This document shows positions 1-12,900 of a DNA stretch of 64,000 nt, piece after piece. Where the stretch lies: the NCBI GenBank assembly GCA_964016885.1, contig OZ024741.1, positions 283,526,001-283,590,000 on the forward strand, read 5' to 3'. Origin of the DNA: Eledone cirrhosa (lineage: Eukaryota). How positions within the stretch are numbered: position 1 is the first letter of the stretch; every line of letters begins with the position of its first letter. A program made the position numbers and the translations under genes. The notes under the pieces are model-generated. The model was not told the origin of the DNA, ran no database searches, and worked only from the letters and a program-made list of their open reading frames with translations.

Positions 1-117
1 CAATATTTCATATGGGAAAAACAGTTTCAGTTTATGAACATTTCAGATGACGCAAATTAAATTCATGAACCGACAGTCCACTGTGTGTATGTGTATATAT
101 ATATAAATACAAAATTG

Positions 118-1470
118 TGTCATACCCAATGATTGGAGTAGCTTCATCATTGTCAACAGCTACAAGGGCAAAGGAGATGATCTAGACAAAGAAAACTATA
201 GAGGGATTAAGTTGATTGACCAGGTCATGAAGGTCACAGAAAGAGTTATAGCACAGCTGATCAGAAACCGAGTTAACCTAGATGAAATGCAGTTCAGATT
301 TGTGCCAGATAAAAGTACCACTGATGCCCTCTTTCTTATGAGGCAACTGCAGAAGTACCTAGCTAAAAGTAAACCCCTCTACTTAGCATTTGTGGACCTG
401 GAGAAAGCTTTTGAGAGAGTCCCCCATTCCATTATCTGGTGGGCTCTTGAAAAACTAGGAGGAGATGAGTGGCTTGTGAGGACAGTACAAGCCATGTATA
501 GAGGAACAGTCAGCAAGGTTAGGATTAATAATGACGATAGTGAAGAATTTAGCATGTAGGTAGGAATCCATCTGGGCTCTGGTCTTAGCCCTCTCCTGTT
601 TATTATCGCCCTGCAGGCTATAACAGAAGAGTTTAAGACTGGCTGCTCATGGGAACTTCTGTATGCAGATGATCTAACCCTTATAGTTGAATCTATGGCA
701 GATCTAGAGAAGAAATTCCAAATCTGGTAGCAAGGCATAGAATCTAAAGTCCTAGTATGTGAAAAGGAAAATGGCTCAGATTCCCTAAGGTAAATGGTTG
801 TGCTCAGTGTGCAGGAAAGGAATAGGTAGAAATTCCATCCTATGCCCCAAATGCAAACTATGGGTACACAAGTGATGGTGTGAGATGAGGCGATAAAAGC
901 TGACCTTGCACAATTACAACTCTCAAAGGTGATGAAATAGGACCATGATCTCTGGCATTATGCAGTAATACAGAAGACGTGCCTTCGCATGTGCATGGGT
1001 TAAAGAATACATCTTGTATGCACTGCCCACCCAACCTCCATACATCCCCACATCCTCTCACCTCACATCCATATCGCACCTCCCACATCCTAACGCTCCA
1101 CACTTCATCCACATCCATACACTCCCACCCATTACCAGATAAGTGCCCCATTCTAGATCTAGCTCACCAATCTCCATGTACCTCCCCTACACCAGCCCAC
1201 ATTGTAAAGTGGTGTGTAGGTGACAACAAAAAGCACCCAATCCACACTGTAAAGTATTCATGTAGGAATCACGACAAAATGTGCCCAGTCCACACTGTAA
1301 ATGTGGTCGTTGTTAGAAACGGCATCTAGCCATAAAAACCAAGACGGAAACAGTTATGTAGGAGCAACACATGGTCATCTGATCTGGCTTGTCTCACAGC
1401 AGGACAACACATCTAACCCATGCTATCGTGGAAAAATGGATGTTAAACAGTGATGACAATGATGATAACA
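118..1470 (+). mobile_element. RTE-clade LINE, 5'-truncated, internally deleted, degenerate
   Basis: RT motifs (YRGIKLIDQVMKV, LAFVDLEKAF, ELLYADDL) with stops; PHD remnant at ~795-870 jumps to the ORF C-terminus; 3' UTR ends gaaaaatggatgttaaac plus a TGA-rich tail. Confidence 0.9.
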
Positions 1471-1639
1471 TGTATGTGTGTATGTGTGGGAACATTGAAA
1501 TACTCGGTTTGTTGTCTGAGTGAGTCCACTAGGAATGAGAGAGCCCTAGTTCTAATAAGAAAACTGTCAGGCAAAACCTGTTCTTCTTTTTGGATACCAG
1601 TCACTGTTGTTCAGTGAGTGGGATTGGTCCAAGGCAAGG

Positions 1640-1834
1640 TCTTTTTTCACTTAAAAAAGCTTCAAGCACAGGCATCACTTGATCTAAAAGACTTTTACGT
1701 CTGTTGTGTGAGCATAGCTTTTTCCTTTTGCTGCAGTATATGCAGAAAGGAATCTAAGTTCTTGGTCATGTTTATGCCAACCATGTATGCGAAATAGGTC
1801 AAGGGATGGCAATTCTCAAAACTGAGATGCAGCC

Positions 1835-1837
<3 letters not shown>
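1640..1837. repeat. Unclassified interspersed repeat; inverted copy at ~55461-55620
   Basis: gcagaaaggaatctaag...ggcaattctcaaaactgagatgcagccatta matches the reverse complement of 55461-55570; both copies abut TA/TACA microsatellites. Confidence 0.7.
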
Positions 1838-1891
<54 letters not shown>

Positions 1892-3630
1892 TGTTTCCTT
1901 TTGAAATACAAGGTAATTTTATAACCACATAAAGTCCACAAATGTGTAGTCTCCTTCCTTTAATTTTTCTATTATTACAATAATGTGTTATTTTGGAACT
2001 TGCTGAACTCTTGACTCACTCATATTGTGTCCAAAATGACCTACACTAACCACTATACTCAGTCCTTCTGGAATTTATTTCTCCCCCTCTCATCATCCAT
2101 GTTGTGTCTAATCCCCATGCCCTGCACAAACCACTACACATAGGACCTGTAATAATTTAAACAGAACAACAACAGCATCAATCTCTCCAGTATTGGAGGG
2201 CTTGTGAAGGTCATGGGCACTATCTCTTCCTCCAGATCTACAAAATGAAAAAAAAAAAAGAACAACCTGGGAGGGGAGTAATTGTATCAGAAAGAATCTA
2301 GTAGGCAGAGTGACTCCAGAGTGGTTTGCTAGACAAGACACTGTCAACCAGTGTTTTAGTGATCTTACTCTATTAACTGTTGGTCTGTGTGTTTTTCTAC
2401 ATATAATCAGGCACAGTGCTGTCCAGGAAGTGATTGATTCTTGGTGAAAGTAGAAGTTGTTGCTGTGTAATAGTAGTTCTAGCAGTGACTGAACTCAACT
2501 ACTAGAAATACATCAATAGGAATTAGTCAATTAAAAGGTGTGAAACATAAGACTGCAGTATATAAGAGAAAGAAACAAATGGATAGATCTTTAAATGGTG
2601 ATGTTTTGAACTGGATTGAAGTGGAAATAGTTAAAGGTTTTATCAGAATAAATCAACTAGGAAATGGAACAAAATAGTATGGAAACTGGATGTAAAATGA
2701 TGATGAATGATGAACAGCTTTCTTCTATAATTCCATCCACAATGCAATGTGTATCCCGGTTTTGGGAATAGATACACCATATCCCTGTCGACAGGCGACT
2801 AACAGGGTTGGTATCAGGAAGGGCATCTGGCTGTAAAACATTGTCTCAAAAAATCCCTGAACGTAAAAACAATGATGATGCATTAGGATGCTTTATAGGA
2901 ATATATATTGAATATTAACTCTTAATATCCTGTTACACATGAAACTATATGAGCAAGTCATTCTTGAAAAGTACAAAACACCATTATCATTGCACCACAA
3001 TAAAAAGAAATAATGTCTTTACTTTAATACTACAATTTTTCAGCTTGATCTGTCTGTCCACTAGTAATGAAATATTCTATAAACATTTGTCAAGTACTTT
3101 AGTTTATCGACCCAAGTACTTGACTGGAACAGTAATTTATCAACAAGTATATATACATATTTTTTTTTCTTTCTTTCCAATGCTATAGCAATTCTGCCAA
3201 TCTATCAAATGAGAAAGGGGGCGACGGGCCAATTACCAGAGTTGGGACACTGAATAACACTGTCCCGCACCTACTCATCCACTTTTTAACGGTGCACCCT
3301 CCGATTTAGAAAATAAATTGCGATATACTTATTCCGAAACTCCGCCATAGAATTATTGTGAATTAAAAATGCTCACCCAGAATGAAGAGCCTATCGGAGC
3401 ACCATAGCTTGAGAAGCGGTGAAGGGTTCTGGGTAAGACAATCGATGGAAGTAGTGATAGTGATAGGGGTTATCCCATAGCATTACCACCTGTTTTCTTA
3501 AGCAAGTGTCGTTAGTACCTGCGACTGACATTTGACATGTATTGTCAGTATATACACATACTCTCACATATTACAGAATGTAAACCATACATATTTGTCT
3601 ATATTAATTACAAATACAAGCATGTGAAAT

Positions 3631-3673
<43 letters not shown>

Positions 3674-5371
3674 TGTGTGTATAGAGAGAGAAAGAGAAGG
3701 CAGATAGATAGATAGATACGTGTCAAGTGTGTATGGTGTGTTCGAAGTAGTGTCTGTGTTTACATAGTTCACACAAACACATACATAATAGAGATAGAAA
3801 TATATGAGTATGTCTGTTGTAAATGTGTGTGTGTATATATATATATATATAAAGATAGAGTGGAAAAGAGAGCTATGTATGCCCTTAGGTATATATAATT
3901 GAACAAGCTTTGACACGCCATCTCTGGAGAGCACCATAGGATGTTGTCCTGTAAAATGCAATGATTGTATAGGGGTTAGCGTAAAAAAAAAACACACACA
4001 CATTCTTCCTACTTGTGGTAAATTAATGTTAGTAGAAGTCACTCGACCTGCTAGAAATAGCACCTAAACGTCACAAATCAAACCACGCCTAATCATCTTT
4101 AAAAAAATACAAGGACGGGGACATAGTGCACCTTGAACTACCTTATCCCACATCTGAAATTTAAGATGGATGATCATGGCTGGAATGCCTTTGATCATAG
4201 GTCAGCTGAATCCGGAAATGATATGGGGGTTAAACAACAATAAGGAAACGACAAACGGACACAGTATCTGTACAGGGAAATACGTTGGCAAGATAGCGTA
4301 TAGGTTCTTGTCGATATACATGTTGGAAGGAATTTAATCATACCTCGAAGTCCCGACTAAGGAAGCAATAAGCTTGGAAACTCGTCAACAACGGTGTGTA
4401 TGGTGTATATACTGTTTGGATGTATGTGTATACCTCTGCTTTACTTGGTTGGATAAGTGTATGTCCCACTGATTTGAAATATATAGAGAAATGTCTATAT
4501 ATGAGTACATATATACATGTATTTAAATATTATATATGTATACAGTTATATACATATATATTTATATATATATTACATATGTATGTATATATATTTGCAT
4601 ACATATATATATGTATACATATATATATACATACATATATATATATGTGTATGTGTGTGTTTGTGTATGTATACACAAGAATGACTACATAGTTGACAGG
4701 AGAAGGTGTAGGGACGGCGGGTGAGTCGGTTGGTGGCCTCTACCGGCTGGTTGTTGTACGAAGTCTACTAACTTACTCTTAGTAGACCAGTTTACACGCG
4801 GCCTTCAAATGAATCCTAAGACATTTCTTACATCAACGTAGAGACCCAGAAAAATTAAATCTTTTTAAAAATAAATATATAAAAATGGAAAAAAAAGAAA
4901 GAAAAAACTATTTGTACTTTAACAAATATTTTTTAATATCTAAATTTATTTATTTAGGATAATTGAAATTCATTTCTTTTAATCTTTAAATGAATTCAGC
5001 CATTTGACGGAAGCCATGCTGGAGCACCGTCATGAAGGAATTTATTTGATAATATCGACCCCAGTACTTTATTTTTTCAAGTCTGGTACTTATTTTGTCA
5101 ATCACTTTTTGCCTAACTGCGAAGTTATATACATTTTAAGTGAGGGCAGTTATTTAAATTAATCTTTACTATATTGGTGAATGAAAATAAAACATCTCCT
5201 CTAGTGGAGTTTTAAAAAGAACAAAAACATGGAATCTAACTCAGAAAAATCACTTAAACCAAATTTTTTGAAACTATAGACAATGTCTAAGGGTCAGATT
5301 TAATCTTTAAAGTCAACCAATGAAAGATCTCAACAATGTTTAATCTGCTAAGTTAGCAAGACTTACAGACA

Positions 5372-5760
5372 ATCGTCATCATCATCACCATTTAACGTCC
5401 ATTTTCCATGTTTGCATGGGTTAGACAGGTTGCCCACGTCATGAGACAATATGCCATACATTGCTCAAACAGAACTATAAATTTGGTAAGAATTTTTACT
5501 GCTGGATACCTTCCCTAACATTTAGTGTGGAACTGGATAGCACCATTATGAGGAGGGATAAGCCAATTGGCTGTGCCATACCCTGCTCACAGCAGAACCA
5601 GTTTGGGAGATGCATCCGCATTTCGTGTGGAACTGGATGGTACTGTTATGAGGAGTGACAGGCCAGTTTGGGAGTTGCAACCACATTAACAGTGGAACTG
5701 GATGGCACCATTATAAGGGACAGGCCAGTTGACCATGCCATACTCTGCTCACAGTGGAAC
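5372..5760 (-). mobile_element. RTE 3'-end fragment
   Basis: (CAT)n tail followed by tttaacgtccattttccatgtttgcatgggttagac, the reverse complement of the RTE 3' terminus. Confidence 0.7.
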
Positions 5761-6278
5761 CATAGTTTGTTCAGTATATATACAATTAGAGGAAGAGTAG
5801 TGACACTGATTATAGAGCCTAATGATATATTATCATCTTGCACCCAATTTTCATTCTTGTATGTTAAGTGTATATATCATATAGACAGGGGTTGGATGGG
5901 ACTTTTCAAGCAAGTGCTTCATGACCATATGCCAACATTTTAGTCAACTTTTACATGACTATTCTAAAAACTGAGATATACCTGAATAGACACACACAGA
6001 CATATATATAAATATGGGTGAAGGTATTTTAGCCACATGGGATTCATTTTTTCATATACACACAGGAATTTATTGCAAAATCTAAGATAAATTTAATATA
6101 GATATAACTACAGAAAATTAAATTGTGAAAAACATTGTTATTCTTTTTCTATACAGCAAAGTATTAGAGATTGATTGCCTCTATCTGTTTCACAGGTAAT
6201 TAGCTGTTCATCAAAAATCAAGTACCCTTATACTTTTGTCCCCAATAAGTGTAAAGGCAATCTTGAGTTAAACATACT

Positions 6279-6466
6279 AATAATAATTGTTTCTACTTTT
6301 GGCACAAGGCCAGCAATTATCCCAGTGTATTACTGGTACTTTATTTTATCGACCCCGTAAGGATGAAAGGCAAAGTTAACCTCGGCGGGATTTGAACTCA
6401 GTCCGTAAAGGGATGTAACTGTGCTGCAAAGCATGGCATCCGACCCTCTACCCATACTGCCAATCA
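6279..6466 (-). mobile_element. tRNA-derived SINE, family A (Meta-domain-like)
   Basis: Minus strand: A box TGGCAGTATGGG, B box GAGTTCAAATCC, central GCCTTTCATCCTTACGGGGTCGATAAAATAAAGTACCAG, (TTA)n tail. Confidence 0.85.
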
Positions 6467-8357
6467 TAATAATGAAATTATTGTGTAAAGTGCTCAGGTG
6501 CACTACAACTCATCAAAGGTGCATGTATAGTACATAGAATAATATACAAATGTCAGGGAAGTGAATAGTGTATGAGTCATGATATACATGTGTGTATGTG
6601 TATGGAGGGGGAACATTAGGTGTAGTGTTGGCGAATCTCGGGAAGCATGGAGGTTTTATTTACTTCTACCCTTTGGTACTTATTTATAGCTAAGTAAACT
6701 TAGACAGTTACTTCCTTCAGTAGTCTCTGTTACACCGCCTCCTAAAAATACTTTCTCCCACCATAATCTCACTCACCTACCTTGGTTTGTTATTGCTCTC
6801 TCATCTATTCATTCTCTTAGTCACATTGCCTTGAATGAATTGTACAGGATACAGGCCAACTTCACTAGTACTGGCACAATGATGAAATACCAGTACTATC
6901 ATTTTACAGTGTACTGTATGCATTTTATTGTGGCACCAGCACTACCACTTTACATTTTATCGTATGCCCCTTTTTCTTGACCAAACCATGAATAAAAAAA
7001 AAATTAAATTTCAATGTAGTGACTATGGTCCATATATCCCTGTAATAATGATACATTGAGATTTGTAACTTCTGAATTTATAGGTTTATTTATAACTAGA
7101 TGGACTATGAAGGGCATCAAATTAGCTGTATTCTTTCTGGCCTTCTGAGTCCTACTTTGTCTGTCATCCTTTCAGGGTTGGGATTTCTTTATTTCTCTCT
7201 CATATTCTCTTTTGCTTCGGAAGAAGTTGGTTATGGTGAAACAGAGAGATGGAAGCAACCAGATTCAAAATAGCCAAGAAACACCATATATAACAACACC
7301 ATTAGGAGTTAAGAGTTCAATGATGATGAGAAAATATCCATCATAGGTCTTGTTCTATTGATATCATTTTGATTAAAATTTATTGGCTAGCACCCGCTTT
7401 ATAGTTTAATGCAAAATCTGTTAACATCCACTTTACTGTAAAACTCTTAACATCCTGTAAGGATTTATCAGCTTTCTTTAAAAAACGGGGAGAGGGAGTG
7501 CTGGTAATTCAAATGTTTATAGTATCTTTACTAGTAAACAGATCATGTAAAAATTTTCAACTTTTAACATCCTTTCCTGACATAGCAGAAAATATCTAAA
7601 AACGAATTTGTTAATTCAAATGTTTATAGTATCTTTACTAGTAGATAGATCATTGTGAAAATTGGTAGAAAACTAAAGTAAAACTTTAGATTTTTAAGGT
7701 GATGCTATGATAGTATTGTTTTGTAGCTTTCAAAACAGCTAAAGCAGTTTCACGTGGTACATGACATTTAGAGTTAAAAAGTATAAGAAATGGGGAGAAG
7801 GGAAGCAAATTCAACTAGTGTTTAGATGGAGGCTACTATTCAGTCAACAGGTTTAGACCTGATTGAGCAAACCAACAATTAAAGATTTTCCTAACTTAAA
7901 CACAGGGTCATATGCTTAAATTTTATAACATCCACTCTCAACTGTTTGCTTCAACCTTTTTGATTCTAAACTGCCTGAAACCAATTCTGGTTCTACAATA
8001 TGAAACAGTTTTAAACTGTTCATATTTATCTAAAAACCAATCATAATAATTCTATGTAAGAACCTTTGTTAAGCTATGTTCTAAACACCAGGTTAATGAG
8101 GAAGCTATATTACAAAATTTCTCCAACATTTTGTTATTTTCAAGATTTCATGAAAAATAATAAAAAGGAGTTAAAGCTATTCCATCTATGACTATGGTCA
8201 GGGGCAATATGTGACCAACCCCACTGAATTTATAAAGTGAAAGGGATGTGTGCAAGCCTAGCAGAATTAAAATATAACCAAAAATAAAAAACCTTAATTA
8301 GAGGATGAGTCATTCCTTAAAGTAGTAGGACTGATATTGTTACACACAAACAATAAC

Positions 8358-8760
8358 ATCATCAACGTCCATCTTCCCTGCAAGCAAGGGTTGGACAACT
8401 CTTCACAAGCCAAGTTAAAATTAATGCAGAGCTAGACCTGGTTAGGGTCATACAACTTGCTTAAATATATTCCCATCCTCTAGTGCTCAGAAAATCGAGG
8501 GGCCCCACATATCATTTACATAGATTCCTGTGCTTTACTAAGTGCATTTTATTGTGGAATCAGAACTAAGGAAGTTGTCATGACTTGGACACAGCTGAAG
8601 AGTCCTCCTGACTCTTTATTTGGCATATTTTCTATAGCTAAATGCCCTTCTTATCACCAAGCCCATTACAGAATGTACTGGGTGTGCATACTGTGTACAT
8701 CACCAACACTAGGGAGATTTTCATGGCTTTGACACAACTGAAGAGTCTTCCCACATCCAT
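8358..8760 (-). mobile_element. Old RTE 3'-end fragment; related copies at ~13470-13930 and ~40645-41225
   Basis: catcatcaacgtccatcttccctgcaagcaagggttggac terminus plus internal repeats shared among the three copies. Confidence 0.6.
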
Positions 8761-9139
8761 ATTTATATGCATACAACCAGGTTCTATTCCAACCAATCAT
8801 AAATCAATATAGACATAACTTTAAGACCTATACATATGACCTGTGAAGGAGTGTGAAGTATATATACATTATCCATATGTACTGTACAATGTAACTAGTA
8901 TATTTTATCTTTATACTAGGTGTGGTGTATACCTCTTATATATATTCTGACGTAAGAATACTTGAATTCAACTTCTAAAGTATGATGGATGCCAAGAGAA
9001 AATTGATTGACATGTACTTTAATTGAATCTGGAAAGACGAAAAATAAAGTTGACCATGACGGGATTAAAAATGAAAATAGATGTATCTAACAAATACAAA
9101 GAGGTTTTAAGACCATTAAACAAGGGTTAGCTTCTCTAT

Positions 9140-9645
9140 CTTGCCCTAGCATTCATTTCCTCTTCATCACCTTTGGTCATATTTTTCTTGGTCTTCTTTC
9201 TTTATGTCCTACATTCATTTCCATCACTTATCTCACCTAGTTGCTTCTATCCTTCCATGATACATGATCCAACCCTCATTCATTCACAACTTCCATCATT
9301 GGCTCTATTCCTCTCATCCAATCACTTCTATCTTCCTTGAACACATGACCTAACCATCTCATTCAATTTAATCTTCAAAACATTTATTACTGGCTCTATT
9401 CTTCTCACTTTTCCTCAGCACATACTTAATATCTCATTCCTTTTTTCTTCGCATTAATTACTGGCTCTATTCCTCTCGCCCAGTTACTTTCATAACACAT
9501 GATTTAACCATCTCATTACATTTCTCTTCACAACATTCACCATGGGTTCTATTCCTCTCACATAATCTTCTACCTTTCCTGAACATGACCCAGCCATTTC
9601 ATTTCTCTTCACATCATTCACTGCTGGATCTATTCCCTTCATGAG
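9140..9645 (-). repeat. Degenerate ~75-90 bp tandem repeat built from RTE ORF C-terminal sequence
   Basis: About 5 units of ggctctattcctctc...catgacc(t/c)aaccatctcatt; the minus strand reads MRWLGHV. Confidence 0.6.
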
Positions 9646-10551
9646 TAGCTAAATACCACAATTTCACTGTCTTAGGTTCCAATTATAATGATGTAGTAAA
9701 TATATTAAAATGTCCCTTTTCTTTAATTTTGCTGCTTATATACTGCAAGGATTCTTTAGTTAATGAAGTTTTCACATAACATTTTAGCCAAATGTAGTTG
9801 TGTGCCACTATATGAGTGTCCCCTCTTCCTTATTGTGGTGGATTAATACAGTAGTGTTGTAGAGAAACTATTATAGACAAGCAAACATAGATAGATATAG
9901 GTAGACATTGATAGGGTATATATCATTGAGTTTCAAGGCAGTTTTTGAAAGCAGTGTCAATATAATAATTTTAAATGATTGGAAGGCTAAACAATGTGTA
10001 TAGAGAATTAAAAGTAATGTTTTATCCATCAAATTTTCAGTCTAATAAATAGAAAATATACTTATGTATATATATGAACTCTATTTCTTCCTTGAACATA
10101 GCAGGACATAGAGCACAGAATCCTAGATAAATAACTGTCGCTGTCAGTTTCCTCACTAAACTTGGAAAGAAGGATTTTACTTCTACAAAGACTCATTTGA
10201 CTGTTAATCAATGCTAAAATCTTTTATGTAATATATAGGGTCTCTACCATTCATTTTCTAAATCTCACACTTAACAGAGAGAAACAATATACTTTAACAT
10301 TTATAATCTATTTCTACAACAGCATTTAGGATGACTTCAATTTAAGCTTATGCGCTTTCAAACTTAAAAGTTCCTGGCACGAAAAAACAAAACATCATAT
10401 ATTTACTGATGAGAGTCAGTCTAAAATTTTATGAATAAAACATGTTTAATCCTCTATACACATGTTTGGCCTTAGGTAAAAATTGACAAATAGATCATAT
10501 AAATATAGACAGTAAAAAACAAAGATATAGGATGATAAGTTGGAAATTTTA

Positions 10552-11946
10552 TCACATAAAGAGTGATTGCCAAATGTTAGTACCCATGGATGCGTAATCT
10601 CTCAGTGATGGGAGTACAGAGGCAAGTGATTGTTGAGAGTAAAGCGTTTTGTTCAATGGGGACATGTTTTCAGCTTGACTACTGTTATTACCATCAGATT
10701 TTATTTTTGTAGCATGAGTATGTTTGTGTCGGTGTAACTTATCAGACCGAGCAAACTGCTTGCCACAAACCTCACATCCAAATGGTTTCTCACCAGTGTG
10801 TACACGCTTGTGGCAAGTCAGTTTGTCCCGGCGTGAAAATCGCTTATCACATATGTCACACATGAACGGTTTCTCCCCTGTGTGAGTCCGCCTGTGGCAC
10901 AGGAGAGTATCCTTTCGTGCAAATCGTTTAGGGCACAGATCACATGGATGAGGCTTCTCACCGGTGTGCGTGCGAATGTGGCACTTGAGCTTGTCGGATT
11001 GGGCAAATGCTTTGCCACAGATGGTGCATGGAAATGGCTTTTCACCTGAATGGACGCGCAAATGAGACTGGAGTTTGTCTCGGCGAGAAAATGTTTTTCC
11101 ACAAGTTTCGCACCCAAATGGCTTCTCGTTGTCATGTATTCGTCTATGACACTGCAGTGTATCACGTCGAGCGAAGCTCTTTTTGCAGATATCACAAACA
11201 AAAGATTTTTCAGAAGGTGAACAACTGTATACAGTATTTGAATGAGAATCTGATGGATAAGGAGTAGAGATTGAAGTTGGAGAGACAGTTTCTGGTAATT
11301 TCACCAAACTGTCACGGAATGTTGAAAAATCGTGTGAGCGTTCACCTCGAGAGTTAGACTGAGTAGATGATGGTAGCGTGGCATACATATCTGCAAGTGG
11401 ATATTTAGATTCTGAGCCAGTTAGTGATTCAGAGGCTGCCTGCATACGTTCATAAGCTATTTTATGCATTTCAACGAGGTCCCAAGACAAAGATGGAACA
11501 AATGAAGAGTGTGCAGTAGGTGGTGTATGAATGTGAGGATGGGCTGGTGCACCAAAGTTATTGCTGATGTCATAGAAAAAAGGCTTTTCCCTAGATTGTA
11601 AACCACCTCCTCCACCAGGATTCTGTATTGAATGGAGTTTTTTATGATTCTGCAAAATATTGAATCGTGCAAATTTTTTACCACAGACATCACATGAGAA
11701 GGGTTTATCAGAGGGTAGCAGGGATTTCTTGGGGTTGGGAAGAATTGTTCTGACAGGTGCATTAGTTAAGTACATCTGAGGGTGACAGGATTGTACATCG
11801 GCATGAGTACCAATAACATCGCTGGGACTCAAAGAATGTTTCTCAGAAGCTTCAGTTGTACTTCTCATAATCTGAGTCTTTTCTTCTGGGTAGAAATCAT
11901 CGCGGTGAACAGAACAGGCCTTCTTATTTCTCTGTACATCCATCAT
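10552..11946 (-). CDS. C2H2 zinc-finger transcription factor, 464 aa, 1 isolated + 6 tandem fingers, single coding exon
   Basis: Seven CxxC-x12-HxxxH motifs with TGEKP-type linkers; splice acceptor ttctttctcag at 11978-11979; an in-frame TAA lies between the acceptor and the ATG, so upstream exons are 5' UTR. Confidence 0.95.
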   Translation of the reverse strand: MMDVQRNKKACSVHRDDFYPEEKTQIMRSTTEASEKHSLSPSDVIGTHADVQSCHPQMYLTNAPVRTILPNPKKSLLPSDKPFSCDVCGKKFARFNILQNHKKLHSIQNPGGGGGLQSREKPFFYDISNNFGAPAHPHIHTPPTAHSSFVPSLSWDLVEMHKIAYERMQAASESLTGSESKYPLADMYATLPSSTQSNSRGERSHDFSTFRDSLVKLPETVSPTSISTPYPSDSHSNTVYSCSPSEKSFVCDICKKSFARRDTLQCHRRIHDNEKPFGCETCGKTFSRRDKLQSHLRVHSGEKPFPCTICGKAFAQSDKLKCHIRTHTGEKPHPCDLCPKRFARKDTLLCHRRTHTGEKPFMCDICDKRFSRRDKLTCHKRVHTGEKPFGCEVCGKQFARSDKLHRHKHTHATKIKSDGNNSSQAENMSPLNKTLYSQQSLASVLPSLRDYASMGTNIWQSLFM

Positions 11947-12526
11947 GTCACTGGAGTCCTCAGGGAATCTTTTTTATCTGAGAAAGAATTAAAAAAAAAC
12001 CTACCAAATAAACTCTGTGAAAATTATATTTTATAACAATATTGTAACCTAGTTGTTAAGGTGCTTGACTTACAACCACTTGGTTGCGTTTGATCTCTGG
12101 GCCTGACAGTACGATGTGTTCCTGAGGGCCCCATCATTAAAACACCAGAGAAACCTATTAGATGCAGCCTACATAGGTTTGTGGTGCAACATTATAGGAC
12201 TGGAGATTCTATCATTAAAACAGCCAAGAAAGTACTTATGGGATACAACTTTGAAGGAGGCCAGTTAAACTTACACATGTGTAGGACTGGGGCCTCTATC
12301 ATTAAAACATCTAAGAAGGTTAAGACACAAACAATGCGTATTGAGGGATATGAGTTCATTTCCACCATATATGCTCAATTGTTCCTCTGATTTAATTCTA
12401 CATATTCCAGCTCATCTTACTTCAATATTCCTCTATGTTTGCTAGGGAGAATTACCCCTTCTAGATTAGTGTTCTATCCACCTGGAATATGTATATTTCC
12501 TTTATTTAAGGCAACAGAGGTTGGAG

Positions 12527-12900
12527 TCAGGTGTTTTCAAATTGGGGTCCTGGAACCCAAGGGATCTGCAAAGATAGAACCGAGGGTCCATGAGCTAAGT
12601 TCAAAATTTCAAGTAATTTATTATAAACATAATATACACACACTATTGGATATCTATTCTTTAAATATAAACATTTTTCACTTTTGATTCTTATTCTCAC
12701 TGTATAACAATGTCAAGTATATGTTAAAAACATAATATACACACACTATCAAGTATCTATTCTTCTCTGAATACAAACATTTATTTTCAAATGTTATTCT
12801 CACTGCATAACAACCTGAGAGTGGAATAATTGTAGCGATCCATGGGAAATTTCATTGATATAAAAGGGGTCCTTGATAGTGAAAAGTCTGAAACTTATTG
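12527..12900. mobile_element. Degraded non-autonomous hAT-like DNA transposon
   Basis: Ends caggtgttttcaaattggggtcc ... ggggtccttgatagtgaaaagtctgaaac resemble hAT (CAG-type) MITE termini. Confidence 0.4.

Noticed and set aside
10405-10430. CTGATGA hammerhead-like core in the ZNF 3' region (also 33481)
   Set aside because: No stem II closed by GAAA and no stem I
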